A stretch of DNA of 64,000 nucleotides, from NCBI RefSeq assembly GCF_053078305.1, contig NZ_CP166879.1. One strand, given 5' to 3'. Shown here in pieces: positions 1 through 12,400 of the stretch. The translations under genes and the position numbers were made by a program. Position 1 is the first letter of the stretch. Every line of letters begins with the position of its first letter. The notes below the pieces were generated by a model. That model had not been told where the DNA came from. It made no database searches and saw only the letters and a list, made by a program, of their open reading frames with translations.

Positions 1-1
1 C

Positions 2-313
2 ACTTACGGTGTGCTGCCGCGCCACCCATCACAGCTTTACGAGCTGCTGCTGGAAGGTGTGGTGCTGTTTATTATCCTCAACCTGTATATTCGTAAACCG
101 CGCCCAATGGGAGCTGTCTCAGGCTTGTTCCTGATTGGCTACGGCGCGTTTCGCATCATTGTTGAGTTTTTCCGCCAGCCCGACGCGCAGTTTACCGGTG
201 CCTGGGTGCAGTACATCAGCATGGGGCAAATTCTTTCCATCCCGATGATTGTCGCGGGTGTGATCATGATGGTCTGGGCATATCGTCGCAGCCCACAGCA
301 ACACGTTTCCTGA
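2..313 (+). CDS. lgt: Prolipoprotein diacylglyceryl transferase, C-terminal part (5' end lies outside the window)
   Basis: Open frame runs from the window edge to a stop at 311-313; translation ends ...[15 protein letters not shown], recognised as the Lgt C-terminus; thyA follows 6 nt downstream. Confidence 0.85.
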
Positions 314-319
314 GGAACC

Positions 320-1114
320 ATGAAACAGTATTTAGAACTGATGCAAAAAGTGCTCGACGAAGGCACACAGAAAAACGACCGTACCGGAACCGGAACGCTT
401 TCCATTTTTGGTCATCAGATGCGTTTTAACCTGCAGGATGGATTCCCGCTGGTGACAACTAAACGTTGCCACCTGCGTTCCATCATCCATGAACTGCTGT
501 GGTTTCTGCAGGGCGACACTAACATTGCTTATCTACACGAAAACAATGTCACCATCTGGGACGAATGGGCCGATGAAAACGGTGACCTCGGGCCAGTGTA
601 TGGTAAACAGTGGCGCGCCTGGCCAACGCCAGATGGTCGTCATATTGACCAGATCACTACGGTACTGAACCAGCTGAAAAACGACCCGGATTCGCGCCGC
701 ATTATTGTTTCAGCGTGGAACGTAGGCGAACTGGATAAAATGGCGCTGGCACCGTGCCATGCATTCTTCCAGTTCTATGTGGCAGACGGCAAACTCTCTT
801 GCCAGCTTTATCAGCGCTCCTGTGACGTCTTCCTCGGCCTGCCGTTTAACATTGCCAGCTACGCGTTACTGGTGCATATGATGGCGCAGCAGTGCGATCT
901 GGAAGTGGGTGATTTTGTCTGGACCGGTGGCGATACGCACCTGTACAGCAATCATATGGATCAAACTCATCTGCAATTAAGCCGCGAACCGCGTCCGCTG
1001 CCGAAGTTGATTATCAAACGTAAACCCGAATCCATCTTCGACTACCGTTTCGAAGATTTTGAGATTGAAGGCTACGATCCGCATCCGGGCATTAAAGCGC
1101 CGGTGGCTATCTAA
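320..1114 (+). CDS. thyA: Thymidylate synthase
   Basis: 264-aa ORF, translation recognised as ThyA (…[37 protein letters not shown]…). Confidence 0.95.
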
Positions 1115-1135
1115 TTACGAAACATCGTGCCAGAG

Positions 1136-1162
1136 CCGACGCTAGTGTGCGTCGGTTTTTTT
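1136..1162 (+). terminator. Rho-independent terminator after thyA
   Basis: Stem CCGACGC / GCGTCGG with loop TAGTGT, followed by a run of seven T. Confidence 0.7.
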
Positions 1163-1297
1163 ACCCTCCGTTAAATTCTTCGAGACATCTTCCCGAAATT
1201 TTGCAACGTCCTGCAACGGCGTAAATAGTCCGGAAGATGCGCCGAAGAAATAGAAACTGGCCCTCGTCTTTTTTTCTCCTTGCTCCATACTGCCGGC

Positions 1298-1768
1298 ATG
1301 AAAACACAACGTGGTTATACGCTGATTGAAACGCTGGTCGCGATGCTGATTTTGGTCATGCTAAGTGCAAGTGGACTCTATGGCTGGCAATACTGGCAGC
1401 AGTCGCAACGGCTATGGCAAACCGCCAGCCAGGCGCGAGACTATTTGCTCTATTTACGTGAAGATGCCAACTGGCATAACCGCGACCACAGTATCAGCGT
1501 TATCAGGGAGGGGACGTTATGGTGCCTTGTGAGTTCCGCTGCTGGGGCCAATACCTGTCATGGCAGTTCACCATTGGTCTTTGTGCCACGCTGGCCCGAA
1601 GTCGAAATGAGCGACCTGACACCTTCGCTTGCCTTCTTTGGCCTGCGCAATACCGCATGGGCCGGGCATATTCGCTTCAAAAACACAACGGGCGAGTGGT
1701 GGCTGGTGGTTTCGCCGTGGGGAAGACTCCGGCTTTGTCAGCAAGGAGAAACAGAAGGATGCCTGTAA
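1298..1768 (+). CDS. ppdA: Prepilin peptidase-dependent protein A (type IV pilin-like)
   Basis: ORF in frame of 1280..1768; N-terminus [22 protein letters not shown] is a prepilin-type N-terminal methylation motif; 156 aa from the ATG at 1298. Confidence 0.85.
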   Translation: MKTQRGYTLIETLVAMLILVMLSASGLYGWQYWQQSQRLWQTASQARDYLLYLREDANWHNRDHSISVIREGTLWCLVSSAAGANTCHGSSPLVFVPRWPEVEMSDLTPSLAFFGLRNTAWAGHIRFKNTTGEWWLVVSPWGRLRLCQQGETEGCL

Positions 1769-2322
1769 AAGAGCAAGGTTTTTCTCTGCTGGAAGTGTTG
1801 ATTGCTATGGCGATCAGTAGCGTATTGTTGTTGGGGGCTGCACGCTTTCTGCCTGCGTTACAGCGTGAAAGTTTAACGAGCACCCGTAAGCTGGCACTGG
1901 AAGATGAAATCTGGCTGCGGGTATTTACCGTCGCGAAGCATCTCCAGAGGGCGGGTTATTGTCATGGCATCTGTACCGGCGAAGGGCTGGAAATTGTCGG
2001 ACAGGGTGACTGTGTCATTGTGCAGTGGGATGCGAACAGTAACGGTATCTGGGATCGCGAACCGGTAAAAGAGTCCGACCAGATTGGATTTCGTCTGAAG
2101 GAGCATGTGCTGGAAACGCTACGCGGTGCGACATCCTGTGAAGGTAAGGGCTGGGATAAAGTCACTAATCCGGATGCCATCATTATCGACACTTTTCAGG
2201 TCGTACGTCAGGATGTCAGCGGCTTCTCGCCGGTGTTGACGGTTAATATGCGTGCTGCCAGTAAGTCTGAACCGCAAACCGTGGTGAATGCCAGCTATAG
2301 CGTGACAGGATTCAACCTGTGA
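1759..2322 (+). CDS. ppdB: Prepilin peptidase-dependent protein B
   Basis: ATG at 1759 gives 187 aa starting [27 protein letters not shown] (prepilin-like); the upstream part of ORF 1519..2322 is treated as a spurious extension. Confidence 0.85.
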   Translation: MPVKEQGFSLLEVLIAMAISSVLLLGAARFLPALQRESLTSTRKLALEDEIWLRVFTVAKHLQRAGYCHGICTGEGLEIVGQGDCVIVQWDANSNGIWDREPVKESDQIGFRLKEHVLETLRGATSCEGKGWDKVTNPDAIIIDTFQVVRQDVSGFSPVLTVNMRAASKSEPQTVVNASYSVTGFNL

Positions 2323-2726
2323 ACCGCGAAAAGGGTGTTTCGTCACTGGCTCTGGTCCTGATGCTGCTAGTTTTGGGTAGCTTGCTATTACAAGGAATGA
2401 GCCAACAGGATCGCAGTTTTGCCTCTCGCGTGAGCATGGAAAGTCAGTCATTGCGCCGCCAGGCCATCGTTCAGTCGGCGCTGGCGTGGGGAAAAATGCA
2501 CTCCTGGCAGACGCAGCCAGCAGTTCAGTGCTTGCAGTACGCTGGAACCGATGCCCGGGTTTGTTTGCGTTTATTGGCAGATAATGAAGCCTTATTGATT
2601 GCCGGTTATGAAGGCGTTTCGTTGTGGCGAGCAGGTGAAGTCATCGATGGAAAAATTGTTTTTTCGCCACGCGGCTGGAGCGATTTTTGTCCGCTGAAAG
2701 AGGGGGCGTTATGTCAGCTTCCCTGA
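2319..2726 (+). CDS. ygdB: Pilin-like protein in the ppd operon
   Basis: 135-aa ORF with GTG start at 2319, hydrophobic N-terminus, and 4-nt overlap with the ppdB stop. Confidence 0.8.
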   Translation: MNREKGVSSLALVLMLLVLGSLLLQGMSQQDRSFASRVSMESQSLRRQAIVQSALAWGKMHSWQTQPAVQCLQYAGTDARVCLRLLADNEALLIAGYEGVSLWRAGEVIDGKIVFSPRGWSDFCPLKEGALCQLP

Positions 2727-3034
2727 AGAATCAACAAGGCTTTAGCCTGCCGGAGGTAATGTTGGCGATGGTGTTGATGGTGATGATTGTCACTGCGTTA
2801 TCGGGTTTCCAGCGAACATTAATGAACAGTCTTGCCAGCAGAAACCAGTACCAACAGCTCTGGCGGCATGGTTGGCAGCAAACGCAACTGCGCGCGATTT
2901 CGCCACCTACCAACTGGCAGGTCAACCGAATGCAGACATCGCAGGCGGGATGTGTCAGCATCAGCGTTACGCTAGTTTCACCCGGGGGCAGAGCAGGCGA
3001 GATGACCCGCCTGCATTGCCCGAATCGTCAGTAG
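2711..3034 (+). CDS. ppdC: Prepilin peptidase-dependent protein C
   Basis: ATG at 2711 gives 107 aa starting [27 protein letters not shown] (prepilin-like N-terminus). Confidence 0.85.
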   Translation: MSASLKNQQGFSLPEVMLAMVLMVMIVTALSGFQRTLMNSLASRNQYQQLWRHGWQQTQLRAISPPTNWQVNRMQTSQAGCVSISVTLVSPGGRAGEMTRLHCPNRQ

Positions 3035-3046
3035 TCAGGAGCCGCT

Positions 3047-6000
3047 ATGTTAAGGGTCTACCATTCCAATCGTCTGGACGTGCTGGAAGCGTTGATGGAG
3101 TTTATTGTCGAACGCGAACGGCTGGACGATCCTTTCGAACCAGAGATGATTCTGGTGCAAAGTACCGGTATGGCACAGTGGCTGCAAATGACCCTGTCGC
3201 AAAAGTTTGGTATTGCGGCAAACATTGATTTTCCGCTGCCTGCGAGCTTTATCTGGGATATGTTCGTCCGGGTGTTACCGGAGATCCCCAAAGAGAGCGC
3301 CTTTAACAAACAGAGCATGAGCTGGAAACTGATGACTCTGCTGCCGCAATTGCTGGAGCGCGAAGACTTTACCCTGTTGCGGCATTATCTGACTGACGAT
3401 AGCGACAAGCGAAAACTGTTCCAGCTTTCCTCAAAAGCGGCGGACCTGTTTGACCAGTATCTGGTCTATCGCCCGGAGTGGCTGGCACAATGGGAAACAG
3501 GACATTTGGTTGAAGGGCTGGGAGAAGCACAGGCCTGGCAAGCGCCGTTGTGGAAGGCTCTGGTGGAATATACCCATGAACTCGGGCAACCGCGCTGGCA
3601 CCGCGCGAATCTCTATCAGCGCTTTATCGAAACGCTGGAGTCCGCGACGACCTGCCCGCCGGGGTTACCTTCGCGCGTCTTTATATGCGGTATTTCCGCG
3701 TTACCGCCTGTTTATCTCCAGGCGCTCCAGGCGCTGGGTAAACATATTGAAATCCATCTCCTGTTTACCAACCCCTGCCGTTATTACTGGGGCGACATTA
3801 AAGATCCTGCTTATCTGGCGAAACTACTGACTCGCCAGCGCCGACACAGTTTTGAAGATCGCGAATTACCGCTATTTCGCGACAGCGAAAATGCCGGGCA
3901 GCTCTTTAACAGCGATGGTGAACAGGATGTCGGCAACCCGCTGCTGGCCTCATGGGGCAAGCTTGGGCGCGACTACATTTATCTCCTTTCTGACCTGGAG
4001 AGCAGCCAGGAGCTGGACGCCTTTGTCGATGTCACGCCAGATAACCTGCTGCATAACATTCAGTCTGACATTCTGGAACTGGAAAACCGCGCTGTTGCTG
4101 GTGTGAACATCGAAGAGTTTTCCCGTAGCGATAACAAACGCCCGCTTGATCCACTGGATAGCAGTATCACCTTCCACGTTTGCCATAGCCCGCAGCGTGA
4201 AGTTGAAGTTTTGCACGATCGCCTGCTGGCGATGCTGGAGGAAGACCCGACACTTACTCCGCGCGACATCATCGTGATGGTGGCCGACATCGACAGCTAC
4301 AGTCCGTTTATTCAGGCAGTGTTTGGTAGCGCACCTGCGGATCGTTACCTGCCTTACGCCATTTCCGACCGTCGTGCGCGGCAGTCACATCCGGTACTGG
4401 AAGCGTTTATCAGCCTGTTATCACTGCCTGACAGTCGCTTTGTGTCAGAGGATGTGCTGGCGCTGCTGGATGTGCCGGTGCTGGCGGCGCGGTTTGACAT
4501 CACCGAAGAAGGGCTGCGTTATTTACGCCAGTGGGTCAACGAGTCCGGCATTCGTTGGGGCATAGATGACGACAACGTTCGCGAGCTGGAACTCCCCGCC
4601 ACCGGACAACACACCTGGCGATTTGGCCTGACGCGTATGTTGTTGGGCTACGCGATGGAGAGCGCGCAGGGCGAGTGGCAATCGGTTCTACCTTATGATG
4701 AATCGAGCGGCTTAATTGCAGAACTGGTGGGGCATCTGGCTTCACTGCTAATGCAGCTAAACATCTGGCGTCGCGGGCTTGCACAGGAGCGTCCGCTGGA
4801 AGAGTGGTTGCCGGTTTGTCGCGATATGCTCAACGCCTTCTTCCTGCCGGATGCGGAAACCGAAGCGGCGATGACGCTGATCGAACAACAATGGCAGGCG
4901 ATTATCGCCGAAGGTTTAGGTGCGCAGTATGGCGACGCGGTGCCGCTGTCACTATTGCGTGATGAACTGGCACAGCGCCTGGATCAAGAACGTATCAGCC
5001 AGCGTTTTCTCGCCGGACCGGTTAACATTTGTACTCTGATGCCAATGCGTTCAATTCCGTTCAAAGTGGTTTGCCTGCTGGGAATGAACGACGGCGTTTA
5101 TCCACGTCAGCTTGCGCCATTGGGCTTTGACCTGATGAGCCAGAAACCGAAGCGTGGCGACCGTAGCCGTCGCGATGACGACCGCTATCTGTTCCTGGAA
5201 GCGTTAATTTCAGCGCAGCAAAAACTCTATATCAGCTATATCGGGCGTTCCATTCAGGATAACAGTGAACGTTTCCCGTCGGTACTGGTGCAGGAACTGA
5301 TCGACTACATCGGGCAAAGTCATTATCTACCGGGCGATGAAGCGCTCAACTGTGATGAAAGCGAGGCAAGGGTAAAAGCGCATCTTACTTGCCTCCATAC
5401 CCGAATGCCGTTTGATCCACAAAACTATCAGCCAGGCGAACGACAAAGCTATGCTCGTGAATGGCTACCTGCGGCCAGCCAGGCTGGTAAAGCACATTCT
5501 GAATTTGTTCAGCCGCTGCCGTTTACCTTACCGGAAACCGTGCCGCTGGAAACGCTACAACGATTCTGGGCACATCCGGTGCGGGCGTTCTTCCAGATGC
5601 GTTTGCAGGTGAACTTCCGTACTGAAGACAGCGAAATCCCCGACACCGAGCCATTTATTCTGGAAGGACTTAGCCGTTATCAAATCAATCAGCAGTTATT
5701 GAATGCACTGGTTGAGCAGGATGATGCCGAACGCTTGTTCCGCCGCTTCCGGGCGGCAGGGGATTTACCGTATGGCGCTTTTGGTGAAATTTTCTGGGAA
5801 ACACAGTGCCAGGAGATGCAGCAGCTTGCCGACAGAGTCATTGCCTGTCGCCAGCCGGGGCAGAGTATGGAAATTGATCTCGCTTGCAACGGTGTGCAGA
5901 TAACTGGTTGGTTGCCGCAGGTGCAGCCGGATGGCTTGTTGCGCTGGCGTCCCTCTTTATTAAGTGTGGCGCAGGGAATGCAACTTTGGCTGGAACACCT

Positions 6001-6415
6001 TGTCTACTGTGCCAGCGGTGGTAATGGTGAAAGTCGCCTTTTTCTACGCAAAGACGGCGAGTGGCGTTTTCCGCCGCTTGCAGCCGAACAGGCTTTGCAT
6101 TACCTCTCACAACTGATTGAGGGGTATCGTGAAGGGATGTCCGCGCCATTGCTGGTGTTACCTGAAAGTGGCGGCGCGTGGCTAAAAACCTGTTATGACG
6201 CGCAAAACGATGCCATGCTGGATGACGATTCCACGTTGCAAAAAGCCCGTACGAAATTCCTTCAGGCTTACGAAGGCAACATGATGGTGCGTGGCGAAGG
6301 TGATGATATCTGGTATCAAAGGCTCTGGCGGCAATTAACACCAGAGACAATGGAGGCAATCGTTGAACAGTCGCAACGTTTCCTGTTACCGCTGTTTCGC
6401 TTTAATCAGTCATGA
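3047..6415 (+). CDS. recC: Exodeoxyribonuclease V gamma subunit
   Basis: 1122-aa ORF starting MLRVYHSNRLDVLEALMEFIVERE…, recognised as RecC. Confidence 0.95.
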   Translation: MLRVYHSNRLDVLEALMEFIVERERLDDPFEPEMILVQSTGMAQWLQMTLSQKFGIAANIDFPLPASFIWDMFVRVLPEIPKESAFNKQSMSWKLMTLLPQLLEREDFTLLRHYLTDDSDKRKLFQLSSKAADLFDQYLVYRPEWLAQWETGHLVEGLGEAQAWQAPLWKALVEYTHELGQPRWHRANLYQRFIETLESATTCPPGLPSRVFICGISALPPVYLQALQALGKHIEIHLLFTNPCRYYWGDIKDPAYLAKLLTRQRRHSFEDRELPLFRDSENAGQLFNSDGEQDVGNPLLASWGKLGRDYIYLLSDLESSQELDAFVDVTPDNLLHNIQSDILELENRAVAGVNIEEFSRSDNKRPLDPLDSSITFHVCHSPQREVEVLHDRLLAMLEEDPTLTPRDIIVMVADIDSYSPFIQAVFGSAPADRYLPYAISDRRARQSHPVLEAFISLLSLPDSRFVSEDVLALLDVPVLAARFDITEEGLRYLRQWVNESGIRWGIDDDNVRELELPATGQHTWRFGLTRMLLGYAMESAQGEWQSVLPYDESSGLIAELVGHLASLLMQLNIWRRGLAQERPLEEWLPVCRDMLNAFFLPDAETEAAMTLIEQQWQAIIAEGLGAQYGDAVPLSLLRDELAQRLDQERISQRFLAGPVNICTLMPMRSIPFKVVCLLGMNDGVYPRQLAPLGFDLMSQKPKRGDRSRRDDDRYLFLEALISAQQKLYISYIGRSIQDNSERFPSVLVQELIDYIGQSHYLPGDEALNCDESEARVKAHLTCLHTRMPFDPQNYQPGERQSYAREWLPAASQAGKAHSEFVQPLPFTLPETVPLETLQRFWAHPVRAFFQMRLQVNFRTEDSEIPDTEPFILEGLSRYQINQQLLNALVEQDDAERLFRRFRAAGDLPYGAFGEIFWETQCQEMQQLADRVIACRQPGQSMEIDLACNGVQITGWLPQVQPDGLLRWRPSLLSVAQGMQLWLEHLVYCASGGNGESRLFLRKDGEWRFPPLAAEQALHYLSQLIEGYREGMSAPLLVLPESGGAWLKTCYDAQNDAMLDDDSTLQKARTKFLQAYEGNMMVRGEGDDIWYQRLWRQLTPETMEAIVEQSQRFLLPLFRFNQS

Positions 6416-6590
6416 GCGCTGTATAAAAATTGCGCAATCTATCCGCTTACTTTATGATGCGCACCAGTCACGGACTGATGGTTATATAAACATAGGCTGA
6501 CTCGTGCAGCACAAGATTAAATTCTGGCAGATGATTTGCGTTAACCTGTTGAATCTGGCCAGAAAATAAAGTTGATTATGAGGTCCGTGA

Positions 6591-9479
6591 ATGCCCCGCA
6601 GCACCTGGTTCAAAGCATTATTGTTGTTAGTTGCCCTTTGGGCACCATTAAGTCAGGCAGAAACGGGATGGCAGCCGATTCAGGAAACCATCCGTAAAAG
6701 TGATAAAGATAACCGCCAGTATCAGGCTATACGTCTGGATAACGGTATGGTGGTCTTGCTGGTTTCTGATCCGCAGGCAGTTAAATCGCTCTCGGCGCTG
6801 GTGGTGCCCGTTGGGTCGCTGGAAGATCCCGAGGCGTACCAGGGGCTGGCACATTACCTTGAACATATGAGTCTGATGGGGTCGAAAAAGTACCCGCAGG
6901 CTGACAGTCTGGCCGAATATCTCAAAATGCACGGCGGTAGTCACAATGCCAGCACGGCACCGTATCGCACGGCTTTCTATCTGGAAGTTGAGAACGACGC
7001 CTTGCCCGGTGCGGTAGACCGCCTGGCCGATGCTATTGCAGAACCCTTGCTCGACAAGAAATACGCCGAACGTGAGCGTAATGCAGTGAACGCTGAATTA
7101 ACCATGGCGCGTACGCGTGACGGGATGCGCATGGCACAGGTCAGCGCAGAAACCATTAACCCGGCACACCCCGGTTCAAAGTTTTCTGGTGGTAACCTCG
7201 AAACTTTAAGCGACAAACCTGGTAATCCGGTGCAGCAGGCGCTGAAAGATTTCCACGAGAAGTACTATTCCGCCAATTTGATGAAGGCGGTTATTTACAG
7301 TAATAAACCGCTGCCGGAGTTGGCAAAAATGGCGGCGGACACCTTTGGTCGCGTGCCGAACAAAGAGAGCAAAAAACCGGAAATCACCGTGCCGGTAGTC
7401 ACCGACGCGCAAAAGGGCATTATCATTCATTACGTCCCAGCGCTGCCGCGTAAAGTTCTGCGCGTTGAGTTTCGCATCGATAACAACTCAGCGAAGTTCC
7501 GCAGTAAAACGGATGAATTGATTACCTATCTGATTGGTAATCGCAGCCCAGGTACACTGTCTGACTGGCTGCAAAAGCAGGGGTTAGTTGAGGGCATTAG
7601 CGCCAACTCCGATCCTATCGTCAACGGCAACAGCGGCGTATTAGCGATCTCTGCGTCTTTAACCGATAAAGGTCTGGCGAATCGCGATCAGGTTGTGGCG
7701 GCTATTTTTAGCTACCTCAATTTGTTACGTGAAAAAGGGATCGATAAACAATACTTCGATGAACTGGCGAATGTGCTGGATATCGACTTCCGTTATCCGT
7801 CAATCACCCGTGATATGGATTACGTCGAATGGCTGGCAGATACCATGATTCGCGTTCCGGTTGAGCATACGCTGGATGCAGTCAATATTGCCGATCGGTA
7901 CGATGCTAAAGCAGTAAAAGAACGTCTGGCGATGATGACGCCGCAGAATGCGCGTATCTGGTATATCAGCCCGAAAGAGCCGCACAATAAAACGGCTTAT
8001 TTTGTCGATGCGCCGTATCAGGTCGATAAAATCAGCGAACAAACTTTCGCTGACTGGCAGCAAAAAGCTGCCAGTATTGCGCTCTCCTTACCGGAGCTTA
8101 ACCCCTATATTCCTGACGATTTCTCGCTGATTAAGTCAGAGAAGAAATATGACCATCCAGAGCTGATTGTTGATGAGTCGAATCTGCGCGTGGTGTATGC
8201 GCCAAGCCGTTATTTTGCCAGCGAACCCAAAGCTGATGTCAGCCTGATTTTGCGTAATCCGAAAGCCATGGACAGCGCCCGCAATCAGGTGATGTTTGCG
8301 CTCAATGATTATCTCGCAGGGCTGGCGCTTGATCAGTTAAGCAACCAGGCGTCGGTTGGTGGCATAAGTTTTTCCACCAACGCTAACAACGGCCTTATGG
8401 TTAATGCTAATGGTTACACCCAGCGTCTGCCGCAGCTGTTCCAGGCATTGCTCGAGGGATACTTTAGCTATACCGCTACGGAAGATCAGCTTGAGCAGGC
8501 GAAGTCCTGGTATAACCAGATGATGGATTCCGCAGAAAAGGGTAAAGCGTTTGAGCAGGCGATTATGCCCGCGCAGATGCTCTCGCAAGTGCCGTACTTC
8601 TCGCGAGATGAACGGCGTAAAATTTTGCCCTCCATTACGTTGAAAGAGGTGCTGGCCTATCGCGACGCCTTAAAATCAGGGGCTCGACCAGAGTTTATGG
8701 TTATCGGCAACATGACCGAGGCCCAGGCAACAACGCTGGCACGCGATGTGCAAAAACAGTTGGGCGCTGATGGTTCAGAGTGGTGTCGAAACAAAGATGT
8801 AGTGGTCGATAAAAAACAATCCGTCATCTTTGAAAAAGCCGGTAACAGCACCGACTCCGCACTGGCAGCGGTATTTGTACCGACTGGCTACGATGAATAC
8901 ACCAGCTCAGCCTATAGCTCTCTGTTGGGGCAGATCGTACAGCCGTGGTTCTACAATCAGTTGCGTACCGAAGAACAATTGGGCTATGCCGTGTTTGCGT
9001 TTCCAATGAGCGTGGGGCGTCAGTGGGGCATGGGCTTCCTTTTGCAAAGCAATGATAAACAGCCTTCATTCTTGTGGGAGCGTTACAAGGCGTTTTTCCC
9101 AACCGCAGAGGCAAAATTGCGAGCGATGAAGCCAGATGAGTTTGCGCAAATCCAGCAGGCGGTAATTACCCAGATGCTGCAGGCACCGCAAACGCTCGGC
9201 GAAGAAGCATCGAAGTTAAGTAAAGATTTCGATCGCGGCAATATGCGCTTCGATTCGCGTGATAAAATCGTGGCCCAGATAAAACTGCTGACGCCGCAAA
9301 AACTTGCTGATTTCTTCCATCAGGCGGTGGTCGAGCCGCAAGGCATGGCTATTCTGTCGCAGATTTCCGGCAGCCAGAACGGGAAAGCCGAATATGTGCA
9401 TCCTGAAGGCTGGAAAGTGTGGGAGAACGTCAGCGCGTTGCAGCAAACAATGCCCCTGATGAGTGAAAAGAATGAGTGA
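6591..9479 (+). CDS. ptrA: Protease III (pitrilysin), periplasmic zinc metalloprotease
   Basis: 962-aa ORF with signal peptide and the inverted zinc-binding motif HYLEH; lies between recC and recB as in E. coli. Confidence 0.95.
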   Translation: MPRSTWFKALLLLVALWAPLSQAETGWQPIQETIRKSDKDNRQYQAIRLDNGMVVLLVSDPQAVKSLSALVVPVGSLEDPEAYQGLAHYLEHMSLMGSKKYPQADSLAEYLKMHGGSHNASTAPYRTAFYLEVENDALPGAVDRLADAIAEPLLDKKYAERERNAVNAELTMARTRDGMRMAQVSAETINPAHPGSKFSGGNLETLSDKPGNPVQQALKDFHEKYYSANLMKAVIYSNKPLPELAKMAADTFGRVPNKESKKPEITVPVVTDAQKGIIIHYVPALPRKVLRVEFRIDNNSAKFRSKTDELITYLIGNRSPGTLSDWLQKQGLVEGISANSDPIVNGNSGVLAISASLTDKGLANRDQVVAAIFSYLNLLREKGIDKQYFDELANVLDIDFRYPSITRDMDYVEWLADTMIRVPVEHTLDAVNIADRYDAKAVKERLAMMTPQNARIWYISPKEPHNKTAYFVDAPYQVDKISEQTFADWQQKAASIALSLPELNPYIPDDFSLIKSEKKYDHPELIVDESNLRVVYAPSRYFASEPKADVSLILRNPKAMDSARNQVMFALNDYLAGLALDQLSNQASVGGISFSTNANNGLMVNANGYTQRLPQLFQALLEGYFSYTATEDQLEQAKSWYNQMMDSAEKGKAFEQAIMPAQMLSQVPYFSRDERRKILPSITLKEVLAYRDALKSGARPEFMVIGNMTEAQATTLARDVQKQLGADGSEWCRNKDVVVDKKQSVIFEKAGNSTDSALAAVFVPTGYDEYTSSAYSSLLGQIVQPWFYNQLRTEEQLGYAVFAFPMSVGRQWGMGFLLQSNDKQPSFLWERYKAFFPTAEAKLRAMKPDEFAQIQQAVITQMLQAPQTLGEEASKLSKDFDRGNMRFDSRDKIVAQIKLLTPQKLADFFHQAVVEPQGMAILSQISGSQNGKAEYVHPEGWKVWENVSALQQTMPLMSEKNE

Positions 9480-12400
9480 TGTCGCCGAGACACTAGATCC
9501 TTTGCGCTTGCCCTTACAGGGCGAGCGTCTGATTGAAGCCTCTGCCGGCACAGGCAAAACCTTTACGATTGCGGCGCTCTATTTGCGCCTGTTACTTGGA
9601 CTAGGCGGTTCCGCCGCCTTTCCCCGCCCGCTGACCGTTGAAGAACTGCTGGTGGTCACCTTTACCGAGGCTGCCACGGCAGAATTGCGCGGTCGTATCC
9701 GTAGCAATATCCACGAGTTGCGCATCGCCTGTCTGCGTGAAACCACCGACAATCCACTGTACGAACGTCTGCTGGAAGAGATCGACGATAAAGCGCAAGC
9801 CGCGCAGTGGTTGTTGTTAGCCGAACGGCAGATGGATGAAGCGGCAGTCTTTACTATTCACGGCTTTTGCCAGCGCATGCTCAACCTGAATGCCTTTGAA
9901 TCCGGCATGCTGTTTGAGCAGCAGCTGATTGAAGATGAGTCTCTGCTACGCTACCAGGCCTGCGCCGATTTCTGGCGTCGCCACTGCTACCCGCTGCCGC
10001 GTGAAATAGCCCAGGTCGTCTTTGAAACCTGGAAAGGGCCGCAGGCGTTGCTGAGCGATATTAATCGTTATCTGCAAGGCGAAGCGCCGGTTATCAAAGC
10101 ACCGCCGCCCGATGATGAAACGCTGGCTTCCCGTCACGCGCAAATTGTGGCGCGTATTGATACGGTAAAACAGCAGTGGCGCGACGCAGTGGGTGAACTG
10201 GATGCGCTGATCGAATCTTCTGGTATTGATCGACGCAAGTTTAACCGTAGCAATCAGGCTAAATGGATCGACAAGATCAGCGCCTGGGCAGAAGAAGAGA
10301 CAAACAGTTATCAGTTGCCGGAGTCGCTGGAAAAATTCTCCCAGCGTTTCTTAGAAGATCGCACGAAGGCCGGGGGGGAAACCCCGCGACATCCACTGTT
10401 TGAGGCGATCGATCAACTGCTTGCAGAACCATTGTCGATCCGCGATCTGGTGATCACCCGCGCATTGGCTGAGATCCGCGAAACAGTAGCGCGTGAAAAA
10501 CGCCGCCGTGGCGAATTGGGTTTTGATGACATGTTAAGTCGGCTCGATTCCGCGCTGCGTAGCGAAAGCGGTGAGGTGTTGGCAGCGGCGATCCGTACGC
10601 GATTCCCGGTGGCAATGATCGATGAATTTCAGGATACCGACCCCCAGCAGTACCGAATTTTTCGCCGTATCTGGCACCATCAGCCGGAAACCGCATTGTT
10701 GCTAATTGGCGACCCGAAGCAGGCCATATATGCATTCCGGGGTGCGGATATCTTCACTTATATGAAGGCGCGTAGCGAAGTTCACGCCCACTACACTTTA
10801 GACACCAACTGGCGTTCCGCACCAGGAATGGTGAACAGCGTGAACAAGCTTTTCAGCCAGACTGATGACGCGTTCATGTTTCGCGAAATACCGTTTATTC
10901 CAGTGAAATCAGCCGGGAAAAATCAGGCGTTACGTTTTGTATTTAAAGGTGAAACGCAGCCTGCGATGAAAATGTGGCTGATGGAAGGCGAAAGCTGCGG
11001 CGTTGGCGACTATCAAAGTACCATGGCGCAGGTATGTGCTGCGCAAATCCGCGACTGGCTACAAGCCGGACAGCGGGGCGAAGCGTTGCTGATGAACGGC
11101 GACGAAGCGCGTCCGGTGCGTGCTTCGGACATCAGTGTGCTGGTGCGCAGCCGCCAGGAGGCCGCCCAAGTGCGCGATGCCTTAACGTTGCTGGAAATCC
11201 CTTCCGTTTACCTTTCGAACCGCGACAGTGTTTTTGAAACTCTGGAAGCGCAGGAAATGCTTTGGTTGTTGCAGGCGGTGATGACGCCCGAACGTGAGAA
11301 CACCCTGCGTAGTGCGCTGGCAACGTCAATGATGGGGCTGAACGCGCTGGATATCGAAACGCTGAATAATGACGAACATGCGTGGGACGCGGTGGTCGAA
11401 GAGTTCGATGGTTATCGGCAAATCTGGCGCAAACGTGGCGTTATGCCGATGCTGCGGGCGCTGATGTCGGCGCGTAACATTGCAGAAAACTTGCTGGCAA
11501 CGGCAGGCGGTGAGCGGCGTCTTACCGATATCTTGCATATCAGCGAACTGCTACAAGAAGCCGGAACGCAGCTGGAAAGTGAACATGCGCTGGTACGCTG
11601 GTTATCGCAACATATCCTCGAGCCAGACAGTAATGCCTCCAGCCAACAAATGCGCCTCGAAAGTGATAAACATCTGGTGCAGATTGTCACGATCCATAAA
11701 TCGAAAGGGCTGGAATATCCGCTTGTCTGGTTGCCATTTATTACCAATTTCCGCGTCCAGGATCAGGCGTTTTATCACGATCGCCACTCGTTTGAGGCTG
11801 TTCTGGATCTTAACGCTGCGCCAGAAAGTGTCGATCTCGCGGAGGCCGAACGTCTGGCGGAAGATCTGCGTTTGCTTTACGTGGCGCTGACGCGTTCGGT
11901 TTGGCATTGTAGTCTCGGCGTTGCACCGCTGGTGCGCCGTCGTGGCGATAAAAAAGGTGACACCGACGTTCACCAAAGTGCGCTCGGGCGTTTGCTGCAA
12001 AAAGGGGAACCGCAAGATGCGGCAGGGCTTCGCACCTGTATTGAAGCGTTATGCGATGATGATATTGCCTGGCAAACGGCACAAACTGGTGATAACCAGC
12101 CATGGCAGGTTAATGATGCTTTAACTGCAGAATTGAATGCCAGGACATTACAACGATTGCCCGGCGATAACTGGCGCGTCACCAGCTACTCAGGTTTACA
12201 ACAGCGTGGTCACGGAATCGCTCAGGATCTGATGCCACGGCTGGATGTCGATGCCGCAGGCGTTGCCAGCATCGTTGAAGAACCGACGTTAACACCGCAT
12301 CAGTTCCCGCGCGGTGCGTCACCGGGGACGTTTTTGCACAGTTTGTTTGAAGACCTGGATTTTACCCAGCCGGTTGAACCGAACTGGGTGCGGGAAAAAC

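Noticed and set aside
1519-1758. N-terminal extension of the ppdB ORF
   Set aside because: It lies inside ppdA in another frame; the prepilin N-terminus begins at the ATG at 1759.
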